From positions 25,730,001-25,794,000 of the forward strand of contig NC_043013.1 of assembly GCF_006345805.1 (NCBI RefSeq): DNA of 64,000 bases, in the 5' to 3' direction. The first letter of the stretch is position 1, and each line of letters opens with the position of its first letter. The notes under the pieces were generated by a model, which had not been told where the DNA came from, did not search any database, and saw only the letters and a list, made by a program, of their open reading frames with translations. The position numbers were made by a program, and so were the translations under genes. Below are positions 25,501 through 35,502 of this stretch, piece after piece. The DNA is from Octopus sinensis. Lineage: Eukaryota.

Positions 25501-28500
25501 TCTTGGTCAGTGGATTTTGGTGTTAGAATTTATGTGCAACAGATTCATAATATTTCTACAACCCACAAGATATTTAAATGTCTTCTACAGTTCTTCATAA
25601 TATTTAATCATAAAAGTATAATGGAGATTTTAGAATCAAATGCCTATGAGTAAAATAGGAATCAAAGGGGTCCATAGGTAAAAAATATTTGAGAACCACT
25701 GAACTAGGGGCTTTTCCTTGTTTTTATGACTTGTGCCTGTTTATATTAACCCTTTTGTTACCATATTTCTGTTGAGATGCTCTGTGTTTCTTTCAATTAC
25801 TTTAAATATAACAAAGAATTTAGTAAAATAACTTAGTAATCATTAAGCTAGTGTCAGGAACATAAATTCTGACTAAGGTTTAGAGGGAGATTTTAATTCA
25901 GAACCTTTGAAAACAAGACATTTGTACTGCAGAGCCAGAAGTGGTTACAACCAGGTTGGTATCAAAAGAGTTAATCTCTCTCTTTCTCTCTCACTGATGT
26001 TTTCAAACACCTTTTTTAAAACTCTACCAATTTGATATGTTTTATGATTTCCAAGTTTTTCCTTAGCACTTCTTAGAGCAGCAGGTGTTTTTATTTTCTT
26101 GTTTGAATACCCACGCAGTCTGCGAGCTAAAGGGAAAAGTTCACCCAGAAAGTAAGTATTCATTTAGATGGTAAACTAATCTATTAATTAGGCAGTGAGC
26201 TGACAGAATCATTAGCATGTCAGGCAAAATGCTTAGTGGCATTTCATGTTTTTACATTCTGAGTTCAAATACCACAAGGTCGACTTTGCCTTTCATCATT
26301 TTGGGGTTGATAAAATAAGCACCAGTTAAGCACTGGGGTCAATGTAATCAACTATTCCCCCTCCTCTGAAATTACTGGCCTTGTGCCAAAATTTGAGGCC
26401 AATATATTAATCTATTTCCTGAATTCACATCTTCACCACCTGGCATATAGGGAGCCCTTTAGCAAACTCCAGTTTCAGGCTCTTAGGAGAAATTTCTGCT
26501 GATATAAAGGTAACTTCTGTCTACTCGACTAGGAGACCCTGATAAGGCTCGTGGCTAATGTCCTTCATTTGAGTAAACCATAAGAAAATATAATTGAATT
26601 GCTTCACTACCAGTTATACCATGCTGTTGATTTCAAAAAAGAACGAAATCATGCCCTATTGTCTTACAAACGAATGACACATTAAAAAAATGTGACTCTG
26701 GGCACTAGTTTACACTGTATCGGGGGAAAATGACGGGAGGGTCATAGATGGAACGTTTTTAATCATCAAAGCTGATATGAGGCTTAACAACTACAACTAT
26801 AGGTGTGCGAGTTCTTGTTCCAGAATTAACAAGTAAATTCTATTACAGACACCGAAACAAAACACTGCACTACACGAGGAATACAGCAGAACTGCACTCA
26901 GTGGTGCAGTGAAAGCATGCAACGAATATACGTCTTAATCTTCCTTTCTACTAAAGGTAGAAGGCCTGAATTTTTTGTGAGGTGGAATAAGGCGATTATA
27001 TCAGTTCTAGTGCTCAACGGGTACTTATTTTACCGACCCCGAGAAGATGAAAAGCAAGGTCGACTTCGGCGGAATTTGAAACCAGAAGGTAAAGTCAGAA
27101 GAAATGCTGTGAAGCATTTTTCTTCCCGATGCTTTAATGGTTCTACCACTTCAGTCTTAAATTGGTATTATTGTCGTGACAGAGTTGTTTCCCTTGCATT
27201 AAAGAAAACGTCAAATAGAAATACGAGCAAAGGGAAAGAATTCATTTAAAAAGTTTTGTTCTGTTGATATACCAGATCAGAACTGATTGAGATCAACATG
27301 AAAGACATTCCGATCGTGACCATCACTGCTTTTTCTATTCCAAGCATAATTTATCTTGTCTTCTTTAACCAACATCTTTTTCTTTCTATATTTTAACTGT
27401 ACCAGTCTCTTTTATTGAATCGTTAGGTTACGGAGCCGTAAACAAACCAACATTGGTTGTCAAGTGGCGGTGTGGGACAAACATACATACACACATACCT
27501 ACAAACACACGATGGGCTTCTTTCAGTTTCTGTTCTTCAAATCCACTCACAAGGATTTGGTCGTCCCAAAGCTACAGCAGAAGACACTTGCCCAAGATGT
27601 CATGCAATGGGACTGAACCCAGAGCTATGTAGTCGGGAAGCAAGCTTCTTACCAGACAGTCACAACACTAAGGATTTTTTTTTATAACCTCTAAATAATT
27701 TCTAATCGCTATTTGGTGAAATACTGTAATTAGAAAAAGTATTTAGAATTAATATCATTTTCTAAGCAAAGGCGAGCAAAATGTTTTGTGGCATTTATGT
27801 TCCGATTCCAAATTCTACCAGGTTCGACTTATCAGCCTTTCGGTGTTGATAAGATAAGATAATAGTCAAGCGCTGAGGTCGACTTATCTCAGCCGCCCAA
27901 ATTGCCGACTTTAAGCTAAATTTTAAAACCAATGTTATTCTCGGATCTAGTATGCAAGGGAAGCAACTCTAGATATTTTGCTTCTGTAGACTTCATTGAG
28001 ATGAGTATGGCCTTCACAATCGTTTGATGGTCCGGTCGTAACTAGCTTAATGCATGGAAATGTTTACAGCAAAAACTATTACATAGTACCCGGAAATGAG
28101 ATTGATTTATAATTTAGTTCGAAAGGACATTATCGTCATTTAATGTTCATTTTCCACACTGTCTTCGGTTGGACAGCTTGACAAGATCCAGCATGAACAT
28201 GGGGCCCTACTGAATACCAGTGTTAGTTTCAGTATTGTTTCTACGGATGTATCCTCTTCCTAAAGTCAGCCACTTTATGGAGTGTACCAGGTGCTTTTTT
28301 TTTTCATGCTGATGACAAATTTACAGTCTAAGTGAGCAATTAATAGATGACAAATTTACAGTCTAAGTGAGCAATTAATAGTTTACAAATTCACACGAAC
28401 AATACATCTTCATCATTGTTTAACGTTTGCTTTCCATGTTGGCATGGGTTGGACGGTTTGACCGAGGACTGGCAATGTTTCTACAGCTGGATGCCCTTCC

Positions 28501-31500
28501 TAACGCCAACCATTCCAAGAGTGTAGCAGGTGCTTTTTACATGCCAGTTTGGCAGCACTATTTTCATTATTTAAAAAAATACATCGAGAGACAGTATCTA
28601 ACTTAGAGCTTAAGTCTTTGATTCTCATGACCACGTTATAATCTGTTAGAGTGTTATAAACTCGTGTTGTGCTCAGTGGACAAAGCACCAAACTATATTC
28701 GCCTCAGTTTTGATTGACAAGTTATGATTACTTTGGGGCAAAATGGTTCGCAGGAGGAAGGATATTAAACTGTAAAGAAAACTTAATTAAATACTGTGTG
28801 ATAAGAAGTTTGCTTCCCAACTATATAATTCTTGGTTCGGTCCCACTGCATGGTATCTTGGACAAGTGCCTTCCTCTATAGCCCTGGTTAGGGGCTAGTG
28901 TTAGGGTTAGCGTTAGGTTAACTGAGGACGGTGAAATGGATATAAAATTAATAAGCAAACTAGTCCACATGTTGTAGATGCTCTGCTAATCTTAAGACAT
29001 ACCTCTGCCTACTGGTTCTTGATTACTTTCAATAGGGTTTACACTGTTACAAACATCTAGGCGGGAGGTGCCAAAGCTAATTCACTATCTTCAATTCAGT
29101 GGTAGACTGCACCAGGCGCCAGCTGTCTGTTTCGGCATGGTTTCTATGGCTGGGTGGCCTTCCTAATGCCAACCACCTAGTATACGGGCTGCCTTTTACG
29201 TGGTGGCAGCATGTAATAATAATCAAAATTTACATAAAATTTATAATTTATTATTAATAAAATAAATATGCTGTATTAAATCTTCCAGTCACTTGATGAT
29301 AGAGCTACTCCAAATATACTGAAATTCTTTCCATTTTCAGGTGCCAGTTTCCATTTACAGTTTTTGTCAACCTATTTGGTCCGATTGCAAGAATATATTA
29401 TTTTCGGTTTGTCCTCTATTTCTTGTAAGTGTACCAACCATTTCTTGTTTGCTTCCTTTTTTAAAGTTTATCTTTTGTGTTGTTCTGCAAATCAGTTCTT
29501 CACTTCATGATCTGAGTAGAATATCAGTTTTTCAATGAGAAGTGTTTGCTAGTCGCTTGCTCAACCTATTTCATTTCAAGAGGAAGAGACACTGTGAATG
29601 GTTCCTCATGATGCTTATCATGGCACAAGTTGGCCATTTTCTGAGAGAGAGAGAGAAGAATTGGTCTTAGTACTTGATTGATACTTTATTCATTGACCCT
29701 GGGAGGATATAAAGAAGAGCTGGCTTTGGCAGGATTTGATCTTGGAATATTCAGAACACAGAGAGCTGGAGCAGATATCACAAGGCATTCTATTCAGTCA
29801 ATTTTTTGCTTATTTTAAGGCGGTGAGCTGGCAGAATTGTTAGCACGCTGGGTGAAATGCTTAGCGGTATTTCGTCTGCCATTATGTTCTGAGTTCAAAT
29901 TCCGCTGAGGTTGACTTTGCCTTTCATCCTTTCGGGGCCAATAAATTAAGTACCAGTTACGCACTGGGGTCGATGTAATTGACTTAATCCGTTTGTCTGT
30001 CCTTGTTTGTCCCTCCTGTGTTTAGCCCCTTATGGGTAGTAAAGAAATAGATATGTCATCTGTCTTTACATTCTGAGTTCAAATTCCGCCGAAGTCGACT
30101 TTGCCTTTCATCCTTGCAAGGGTCGATAAATTAAGTACCAGTTGCATACTATCTAATCAACTGGCCCCTTCCCCTAAAATTTCGGGCCTTGTGCCTAGAG
30201 TAGAAAAGAATTTTCTGCTTATTTCTCTTTTCACCCTTTAGCATTTAAACCAGCCATATTCAGTCGAATATGTTCAAACTGGCCATATCTAGCCTCTCAC
30301 ACCTCGAAATACTTGATTAATTCAAAACAATGTGAATAAATGAGCAATACATTAACCTTAACCCTAATCTGAATGCTAAAGGGTTAAAGAAGTCTTTGAG
30401 TTTGAATAATGTAGATATAGACATCTACTATTTGTACAAGTGTTGCAATTAAATGATGATGTATGACTATAGAAAGGTGCCATGAATTGATAAGTGAAAA
30501 GTATGGACTGTAGAGAAGCAAATCGAAGCACATTTGTAGAAGTCAGGAAAGCTATTTTGGTTGTTGCGGCATAGCACAGTTGCGCTATGGCATACTTCAG
30601 TCAATCAGAGCTGGCAGAAACGTTAGCATGGCGGGCAAAATGCTTAGCAGTATTTCTTCTGGCTTTATGTTCTGAGTTCAAATTCTGGTGAGGTCGACTT
30701 TGCCTTTCATCCTTTCGGGATTGATCTAATCGACTGATCCCCTTCCCCCAAAATTTTGGGCCTTTGTGCCTGGTGTAGAAAAGAATCAGAGCTGGGCACG
30801 TATTAATACGTAAAGCAGTTATCTGCTCTATAGATGAGCATGCGTTTTTAAACAGTCAGTAGAAGAACATGAAATGAACCACATCGATTCTCCAAAGACG
30901 AGACCTGTCTTTTTGTCTTTCTCACCAACTTAACGCTGCAAGCATCTGAATCATATTAAGCTTTCACGCTGACCACATTATTGACATCCTATTTCGTTTT
31001 TGTCAACTTCGCCTTGCAAGTACCTATTCAGTTAGTCTATATCAACACAGCTCCACCTATATCATGAGTAGCTTATATCAGTCTCTGCTAGCTTTTAATA
31101 GCTTACAACCAAATCATTTATACAGTCATAAGTTTAAACGCTTTTCTCTGACTCTTACACATACGTCCGCTTCACTCATCACTTTTCAGCTCTCATTACT
31201 ATTTGAATAAAATTACAAAGTTTTGTTGAAAAGCTGCCTTCTGATATTCGTTTACACATGCTTCTCAAAAGCACATTTACTGGACTTTTCCACAAACACT
31301 TTCATACTTTAAACCACTGACCACTCTCACTAAATTGCTTACATATCACATACAACACAATAATCTGTAGTAAAAGCAATCTGGAGAATGCTGGGCTTCA
31401 CAGAATAAGGTGGTAAGAGACTTTTGTGAGAGCTCAATAGCAGGAAGTCTTAAGAGAAAAAAAGAGGTGATGGTCACGGCTGGAAAGCTAGACCAAACTA

Positions 31501-33947
31501 ACCTCAGATTAAACAACAGGTAATACAGATTAGTAAAAATGTATTTATTGATTATTAAATTTTGTAATAATAATTTTTCTTGCTAATTTTCTTTTCTTTC
31601 TTTTTAAATTCCTTTTTATAGAATGTGTGTTCCACTTGTATTTATTTTACCAACATTCCTTGGTGGACTTTGCCTTCTGTTCACAAGCGCACTTTATTTT
31701 GTGGTTAGTAAAGCACATTCATTTTTACATCCATATTTTGTCTGAGTTCTTAGTCAGTGTCTTTTATTTTATATTCTTGATATTCAAATACTGACCCACC
31801 TGCCATAATTAAACCTGTAACATGTCAAATATGAGTGGGGCTGAAAAATTCCTGGCTTTGGAAAAAAGAAAATACAGGAGGATTTTATTCAACATATTCC
31901 CCTCTTAGATTCACACACTTATTGCAGCTGGTCCTTTTCATAAGCCTTGTAAAGGAACTTGGAAGGTTGGGCCTCCAACCAGGCCTTTCGTGATACCCTT
32001 AAAGCCAGGAACTTTTCAGCACCCCCTCGTAAGTAGCATTTTAAAAATTATTTACTCGTATAATTAAGTGGCAAGCTGGCAAAATTGTTAGCACAATGGA
32101 AAGGCATGCATAAGTGGGCTGGGCTCACTTGTCCTGCCTGGTCTTCTCACGTACAGCATATTTCCAAAGGTCTCGGTCGCTGGTCATTTCCTCAGTGAGG
32201 CCTAAAGTTCGAAGGTGAAGCACGACCTTCGAACTTTAGGCCTCACTGAGGAAATGACTAGCGACTGAGACCTTTGGAAATATGCTGTATGTGAGAAGAC
32301 CAGGCAGGACAAGTGAGCCCAGCCCACTTATGCATGCCTTTCCTCCCTTGGACACAAAGACCTGTTGAGGCAAGTGAAGTCGATATAGAACCTCATCCGA
32401 CGACAGGCACCCATGCCAACCCCCTTTGCTTGCGAAGACATGTTGGGGCAAGCGAAATCGAATTGAACCAGCCAGGATCCCTGGTCTGGTGGTACGTAAA
32501 AAGCACTATCCGACTCGTGGCCGATGCCAGCGCCGCCTCGACTGGCTTCCGTGCCAGTGGCACGTAAAATACACCAATCCGACCGTGGCTGTTGCCAGCC
32601 TCGCCTGGCACGTAAAAAGCACCTACTACACTCATGGAGTGGTTGGCGTTAGGAAGGGCATCCAGCTGTAGAAACATTGCCAGATAAGACTGGAGCCTGG
32701 TGCAGCCTTCTGGCTTCCCAGATCCCCGGTCGAACCGTCCAACCCATGCTAGCATGGAGAACGGACGTTAAACGATGATGATGATGATGATGAATGGGAA
32801 AGAGTGCTCAGCAGCCTTTCTTTAGGCTTTTTATTTTTCTGAGATCAAATTCAGCCGAGGCCAGCATTGCTTTTACTCTTTCATAGCCACTAGAATAAAG
32901 TAGTTTTCAGGTAGAGGGGTCGATGTAATCAACTTGCCCTGTCTCTTTGAAAATTGCAGGCCTTGTGCTGAAATTTGAAAGAATTACTTCCTTCAATAAT
33001 CAAAGTAAGTGGGTATCTGTCAGTTTTGACAGTGAGTGCTCAGTTGTTGAACCAATTGAATTAGAATATAGGTGGCTGAGTACTCCACAGACGTATGTGT
33101 CTTTAATGTAATGTAATGTAATTCTCTGGCAAACTCAGTGACAAGATTTCTTGAAAGTAGTGCTCCAGCATGGTCACAGCCTAATGACTGAAACAAGTAA
33201 AAGATAAAAGATTGACCATAGGGGAAGAAGTGCACAAAATACTCAGTGGTGGGGGATAATTAAAACAGAAGATTAACCCTTTCATTACCAACCTGGATGA
33301 AACCACTTCTGGCTCTGTAGTACAAATGTCTTGTTTTAATAAGTTTTAAATTAAAATCCTCCACCAAACCTTAATCACAATTTATGTTCCTAACACTAGC
33401 TTAATGATAACTAAGTTATTTTACTAAATTCTTTGTTATATTTAAAGTAATTGAAAGAAACACAGAGCATCTCAACAGAAATATGGTAAGAAAAGGGTTA
33501 AAATATATAATAGAGAAACAATTCTTAACCCTTCTGATATCAACCTGGCTGAAATCACTTCTGACTCTATAGTACAAATGTCTCGTTTCAAAAGATCTGA
33601 ATTAAAATCTTCCACCAAACCTTTGCCACAATTTATGTTCCTAACACTAGCTTAATGATAACCAAGTTATTTTACTAAATTCTTTGTTATATTTAAAATT
33701 GAAAGAAACACAGAGCATCTCAAAATAAATACAGTAATGAAAGGGTTAATATCCTGATTTTGAATTTGGATTTCTATTTCTATTAATTAATTTCCAATTC
33801 TTATTGCAGGCTGCACTTAAAGGAGAGCATTGGCATGCGGATCTACCACAAAATGACAGTACTACAACTGTTGATGCCCCAATTACACCTGTTCCTCAAA
33901 GACGACCACCACCTCGAAGGCCTGAAGTTCCTGTTAATCACATGTAG
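14540..33947 (+). CDS. CYBA: CYBA, cytochrome b-245 light chain (p22phox), complete 6-exon gene, 168 aa
   Basis: Spliced translation MGQIEWAMWANEQAIASSLITILGGIIGIVGFFKRWQFGIYGVAAGVFIFLFEYPRSLRAKGKSSPRKCQFPFTVFVNLFGPIARIYYFRFVLYFLMCVPLVFILPTFLGGLCLLFTSALYFVAALKGEHWHADLPQNDSTTTVDAPITPVPQRRPPPRRPEVPVNHM*. MGQIEWAMWANEQA, EYPR, LFGP, GEHW and a C-terminal PPPR are p22phox hallmarks; exons 58+70+75+84+82+138 = 507 nt, in frame. Confidence 0.97.
19690..20100 (-). mobile_element. 3' end of a REL-endonuclease non-LTR retrotransposon (R4/NeSL-like)
   Basis: Minus-strand remnants CWIIDIACP..NKV..KE.KVERY and EHLQKTTLFGTARILQKVLE, followed by a microsatellite tail (about 19640-19690). Confidence 0.65.
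20233..21235 (-). mobile_element. 5'-truncated L1/Tx1-like LINE (ORF2 C-terminus plus 3'UTR and (ATT)n tail)
   Basis: ARKERQFSCLVAKELVWWTRLKG...IDFYKFQLKRKVRVE is homologous to 57700-57900; ends GGCCAATAAAGAAA then (ATT)n. Confidence 0.7.
22021..22090 (+). CDS. CYBA: CYBA exon 2 (70 nt)
   Basis: tttctag| acceptor; ITILGGIIGIVGFFKRWQFGIYG; donor GT|GTATCCTTTT (U12-type). Confidence 0.93.
22400..22520 (+). mobile_element. Penelope-like terminal fragment, second copy of the 3660-3760 repeat (decayed hammerhead 22437-22479)
   Basis: aaattcca...CTGATTAAGGCTAGAGAGTACATCAGCCGAAATGTTGTAGTGACAACAAACAAGGTGGGGACAC aligns with 3663-3750. Confidence 0.6.
22857..23409 (+). mobile_element. Internally deleted mariner transposon
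   Basis: FLKTVITGDELWVCGYDPKTKAQSSQW (first catalytic D motif) and FQGCFHLWKQYW (C-terminal motif); degenerate TIRs TACAAAGTTTGATCAAAGAGTATG / GATACTATTTGATCAGACCTCGTA with TA ends. Confidence 0.85.
23430..24130 (-). mobile_element. REL-endonuclease LINE 3' fragment (R4/Dong/NeSL-like), copy 1
   Basis: RHHAV, HNRLDIVVWDRGAKVCTIIEVNC..D.N...KEKEDIY.QLLRNLQLLYPDYEFIFIPIIIGELG: PD-(D/E)xK restriction-like endonuclease signature. Confidence 0.8.
24200..25340 (-). mobile_element. REL-endonuclease LINE 3' fragment, copy 2 (tandem with copy 1)
   Basis: Minus strand YAELLRNLQLLYPDYKFRFIPVIIGALGYVTHCLNTNLEKLGFS...GTVKIYKTF parallels copy 1; 5' boundary uncertain. Confidence 0.7.
25746..25974. mobile_element. 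TTAA-flanked (piggyBac-like) MITE
   Basis: TTAA-CCCTTTTG ... CAAAAGAG-TTAA ends; reverse-complement paralogue of 33273-33501 and 33525-33749. Confidence 0.7.
26077..26151 (+). CDS. CYBA: CYBA exon 3 (75 nt)
   Basis: cttag| acceptor; VAAGVFIFLFEYPRSLRAKGKSSPR; donor AA|GTAAGT. Confidence 0.95.
28311..28380. repeat. Perfect 35-bp tandem duplication
   Basis: GATGACAAATTTACAGTCTAAGTGAGCAATTAATA x2. Confidence 0.95.
29341..29424 (+). CDS. CYBA: CYBA exon 4 (84 nt)
   Basis: attttcag| acceptor; KCQFPFTVFVNLFGPIARIYYFRFVLYF; donor TT|GTAAGT. Confidence 0.95.
29816..30210 (+). mobile_element. tRNA-derived SINE family A, dimeric form
   Basis: AAGGCGGTGAGCTGGCAGAA (A-box-like), GAGTTCAAATTCC (B-box), GACTTTGCCTTTCATCCTTTCGGGG core; core repeated after AAAGAAATAG. 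Confidence 0.85.
30233..30388. mobile_element. TTAA-type MITE, second family (CCCTTTAGCATT...AATGCTAAAGGG); relatives at about 6163-6340 and 34095-34328
   Basis: 12-bp TIR visible directly; shared internal segment aactggccatat...tctcacacct. Confidence 0.6.
31622..31703 (+). CDS. CYBA: CYBA exon 5 (82 nt)
   Basis: long polypyrimidine tract and tttatag| acceptor; LMCVPLVFILPTFLGGLCLLFTSALYFV; donor GTG|GTTAGT. Confidence 0.95.
31830..32031. mobile_element. Tc1/mariner-type MITE (same family as 7643-7863)
   Basis: TA-TGAGTGGGGCTGAAAAATTCCTGGCTTT ... AAAGCCAGGAACTTTTCAGCACCCCCTCG-TA terminal inverted repeats. Confidence 0.7.
32098..32343. repeat. Near-perfect inverted repeat, 119-bp arms, 8-nt loop (CYBA intron 5)
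   Basis: 32098-32216 pairs with 32225-32343; three mismatches. Confidence 0.95.
32345..32795 (+). mobile_element. Repeat family C with RTE-like 3' end and (GAT)n tail (representative; others near 460-600, 740-895, 3760-4210, 4780-5230, 10880-11160, 16520-17210, 22590-22845, 38450-38595, 43330-43955, 62220-62495)
   Basis: GGCACGTAAAAAGCAC modules, GGTTGGCGTTAGGAAGGGCATCCAGCTGTAGAAAC, CCAACCCATGC.AGCATGG..ACGGACGTTAAA(GAT)n. Confidence 0.75.
33273..33749. mobile_element. Two tandem TTAA-flanked (piggyBac-like) MITEs (33273-33501, 33525-33749)
   Basis: Each starts TTAACCCTT and ends AAGGGTTAA; the two copies are similar along their length, 23-bp spacer. Confidence 0.75.
33810..33947 (+). CDS. 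CYBA: CYBA exon 6 coding part (138 nt incl. TAG)
   Basis: attgcag| acceptor; AALKGEHW...PVPQRRPPPRRPEVPVNHM*; stop TAG 33945-33947. Confidence 0.95.
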   Translation, partial: AALKGEHWHADLPQNDSTTTVDAPITPVPQRRPPPRRPEVPVNHM

Positions 33948-35269
33948 CTGTAGCTTCTGCGACACCTTGGGCAAACATTTTTAATCCTGGCATCAAGTTC
34001 ATAAAAATCTTGAGAATGAAAATTGGTTGATGGCTCTTTATGTGGAAACCTCTTGAATCTCAAAGTGAGAATTCCTATCTTTGGGTGATAGATTTAACCC
34101 ATTAGCATTTAAAATGGCCAAATCCAGCCCAAATAATTCTACGCATTTAATGTTCCACCGGCCGGGTCTGTCCGCTCACATTTACTATGTCCTTCTAAAT
34201 ATAAATGATCACATCATTGATATCTCAAAGATTAGAGATAATGCATAATTAATTCAAAACAATATGATGATGATGTGAATAAACAGGTGCTATATTTGAG
34301 AGAGCAATCCAAATGCTACAATGGTTAAACTCGCATCAAATTTAAGTCTGCCACTTATCTGGCCCTTGGGTGTCTTTGAGATCACTTCATATTTCCAGTC
34401 TAAGAAAACAATTTCTCTTCTTCCATTTGCCAATCTCGGACCCTCTTCCTACTTCAACAAAACAAAACATAACAAAAAAAAAAAGAAAAGAAAAAGAGAA
34501 AATACTGCTGCTGCTCACATGTGATCCCTTTATCCTATTTTGCAATCAGAATAGTCACATTAAACATTCCCTTGAACTGTCTTCCACAAAATGTTTTAAT
34601 TTCTCCAACCTTGAGAAATGTTTCCAGTTCCATTCAAACTCAACATTAAGCTTGTTGCAGCATTAAATGCAGTTCCTTTCTTTCTTTTTTTTTTTTTATA
34701 AATGTATATTTTTTATTCGTATATATTTTCTTTATATCTTGTTTTTTTAAAAAAGTTTTTACATATTTTCTGAAGCATTACATTGATCTGATGAACAGCA
34801 TTTGTATCCCTGTCTCACTAATCACTTCCCACTCTGTCTATCTCTCACATATGTACATACACAAGAATATGAATACAGATAGGCAATTGCACACACACAC
34901 ACACTTCAACAACAAAACAACAATAACATGTTTTGCGTAAATTGTTCTCAAGAAACTCAGAGTTTTGAATGTAAGTGTCCCTTGCCTGTGTCATTTAAAA
35001 TACATACACACATATATATTATTGTAACTTTCAAACAGAGACCATTATACTCACAGATATTTAATATCTGCTATTTTGCTATTTCAATTTCTCAAACATT
35101 ACCATTGCCATATATATATATATATAATATAAGATATAAGTTAGAGGTAATTAAAACCATCTAAGGGATAGATGTATCCAAAGGCACTCCTGGTAATTAC
35201 CTCAGTATGTTTGGTACTTGTTATAAGGTATACAGTAGTAGGTAATTCAAGAGGTAAACTGTAGTTTAA

Positions 35270-35460
35270 TGTATATAAAGACGATAAGAAAATGCAGAAA
35301 TAAGTAACAATGAGAAGTGGATCTTTGGTGTTATAAAGCCATTATTTAATTAAGATGAGATTATCTTAGAGTAACTCTCATCTTAAATAATGGCTTTATA
35401 ACACCAAAGATCCACTTCTCATTGTTACTTATTTTTCCATTTTCTTGTCTTTACATATAT
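35270..35460. repeat. AT-rich inverted repeat (core arms about 60 bp, extendable to about 85 bp) 1.3 kb downstream of the CYBA stop
   Basis: AAATAAGTAACAATGAGAAGTGGATCTTTGGTGTTATAAAGCCATTATTTA (from 35298) has its exact reverse complement ending at 35434. Confidence 0.9.
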
Positions 35461-35502
35461 ATATATGGAATAGGAAGGGTTTAGGCCACTGATGGTCTAA
35501 AC

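Larger units (their letters stand above)
22091..26076 (+). other. U12-type (minor spliceosome) GT-AG intron, CYBA intron 2, 3986 bp
   Basis: 5' site GTATCCTTTT matches the U12 donor consensus (RTATCCTTT); TTCCTTAGC at 26059-26067 resembles the U12 branch consensus TTCCTTRAC, with its A 11 nt before the intron end. Confidence 0.85.

Noticed and set aside
28885-28922. Degenerate TTAGGG-like repeats
   Set aside because: Only about 5 imperfect units; too short to call an interstitial telomere or fusion site.
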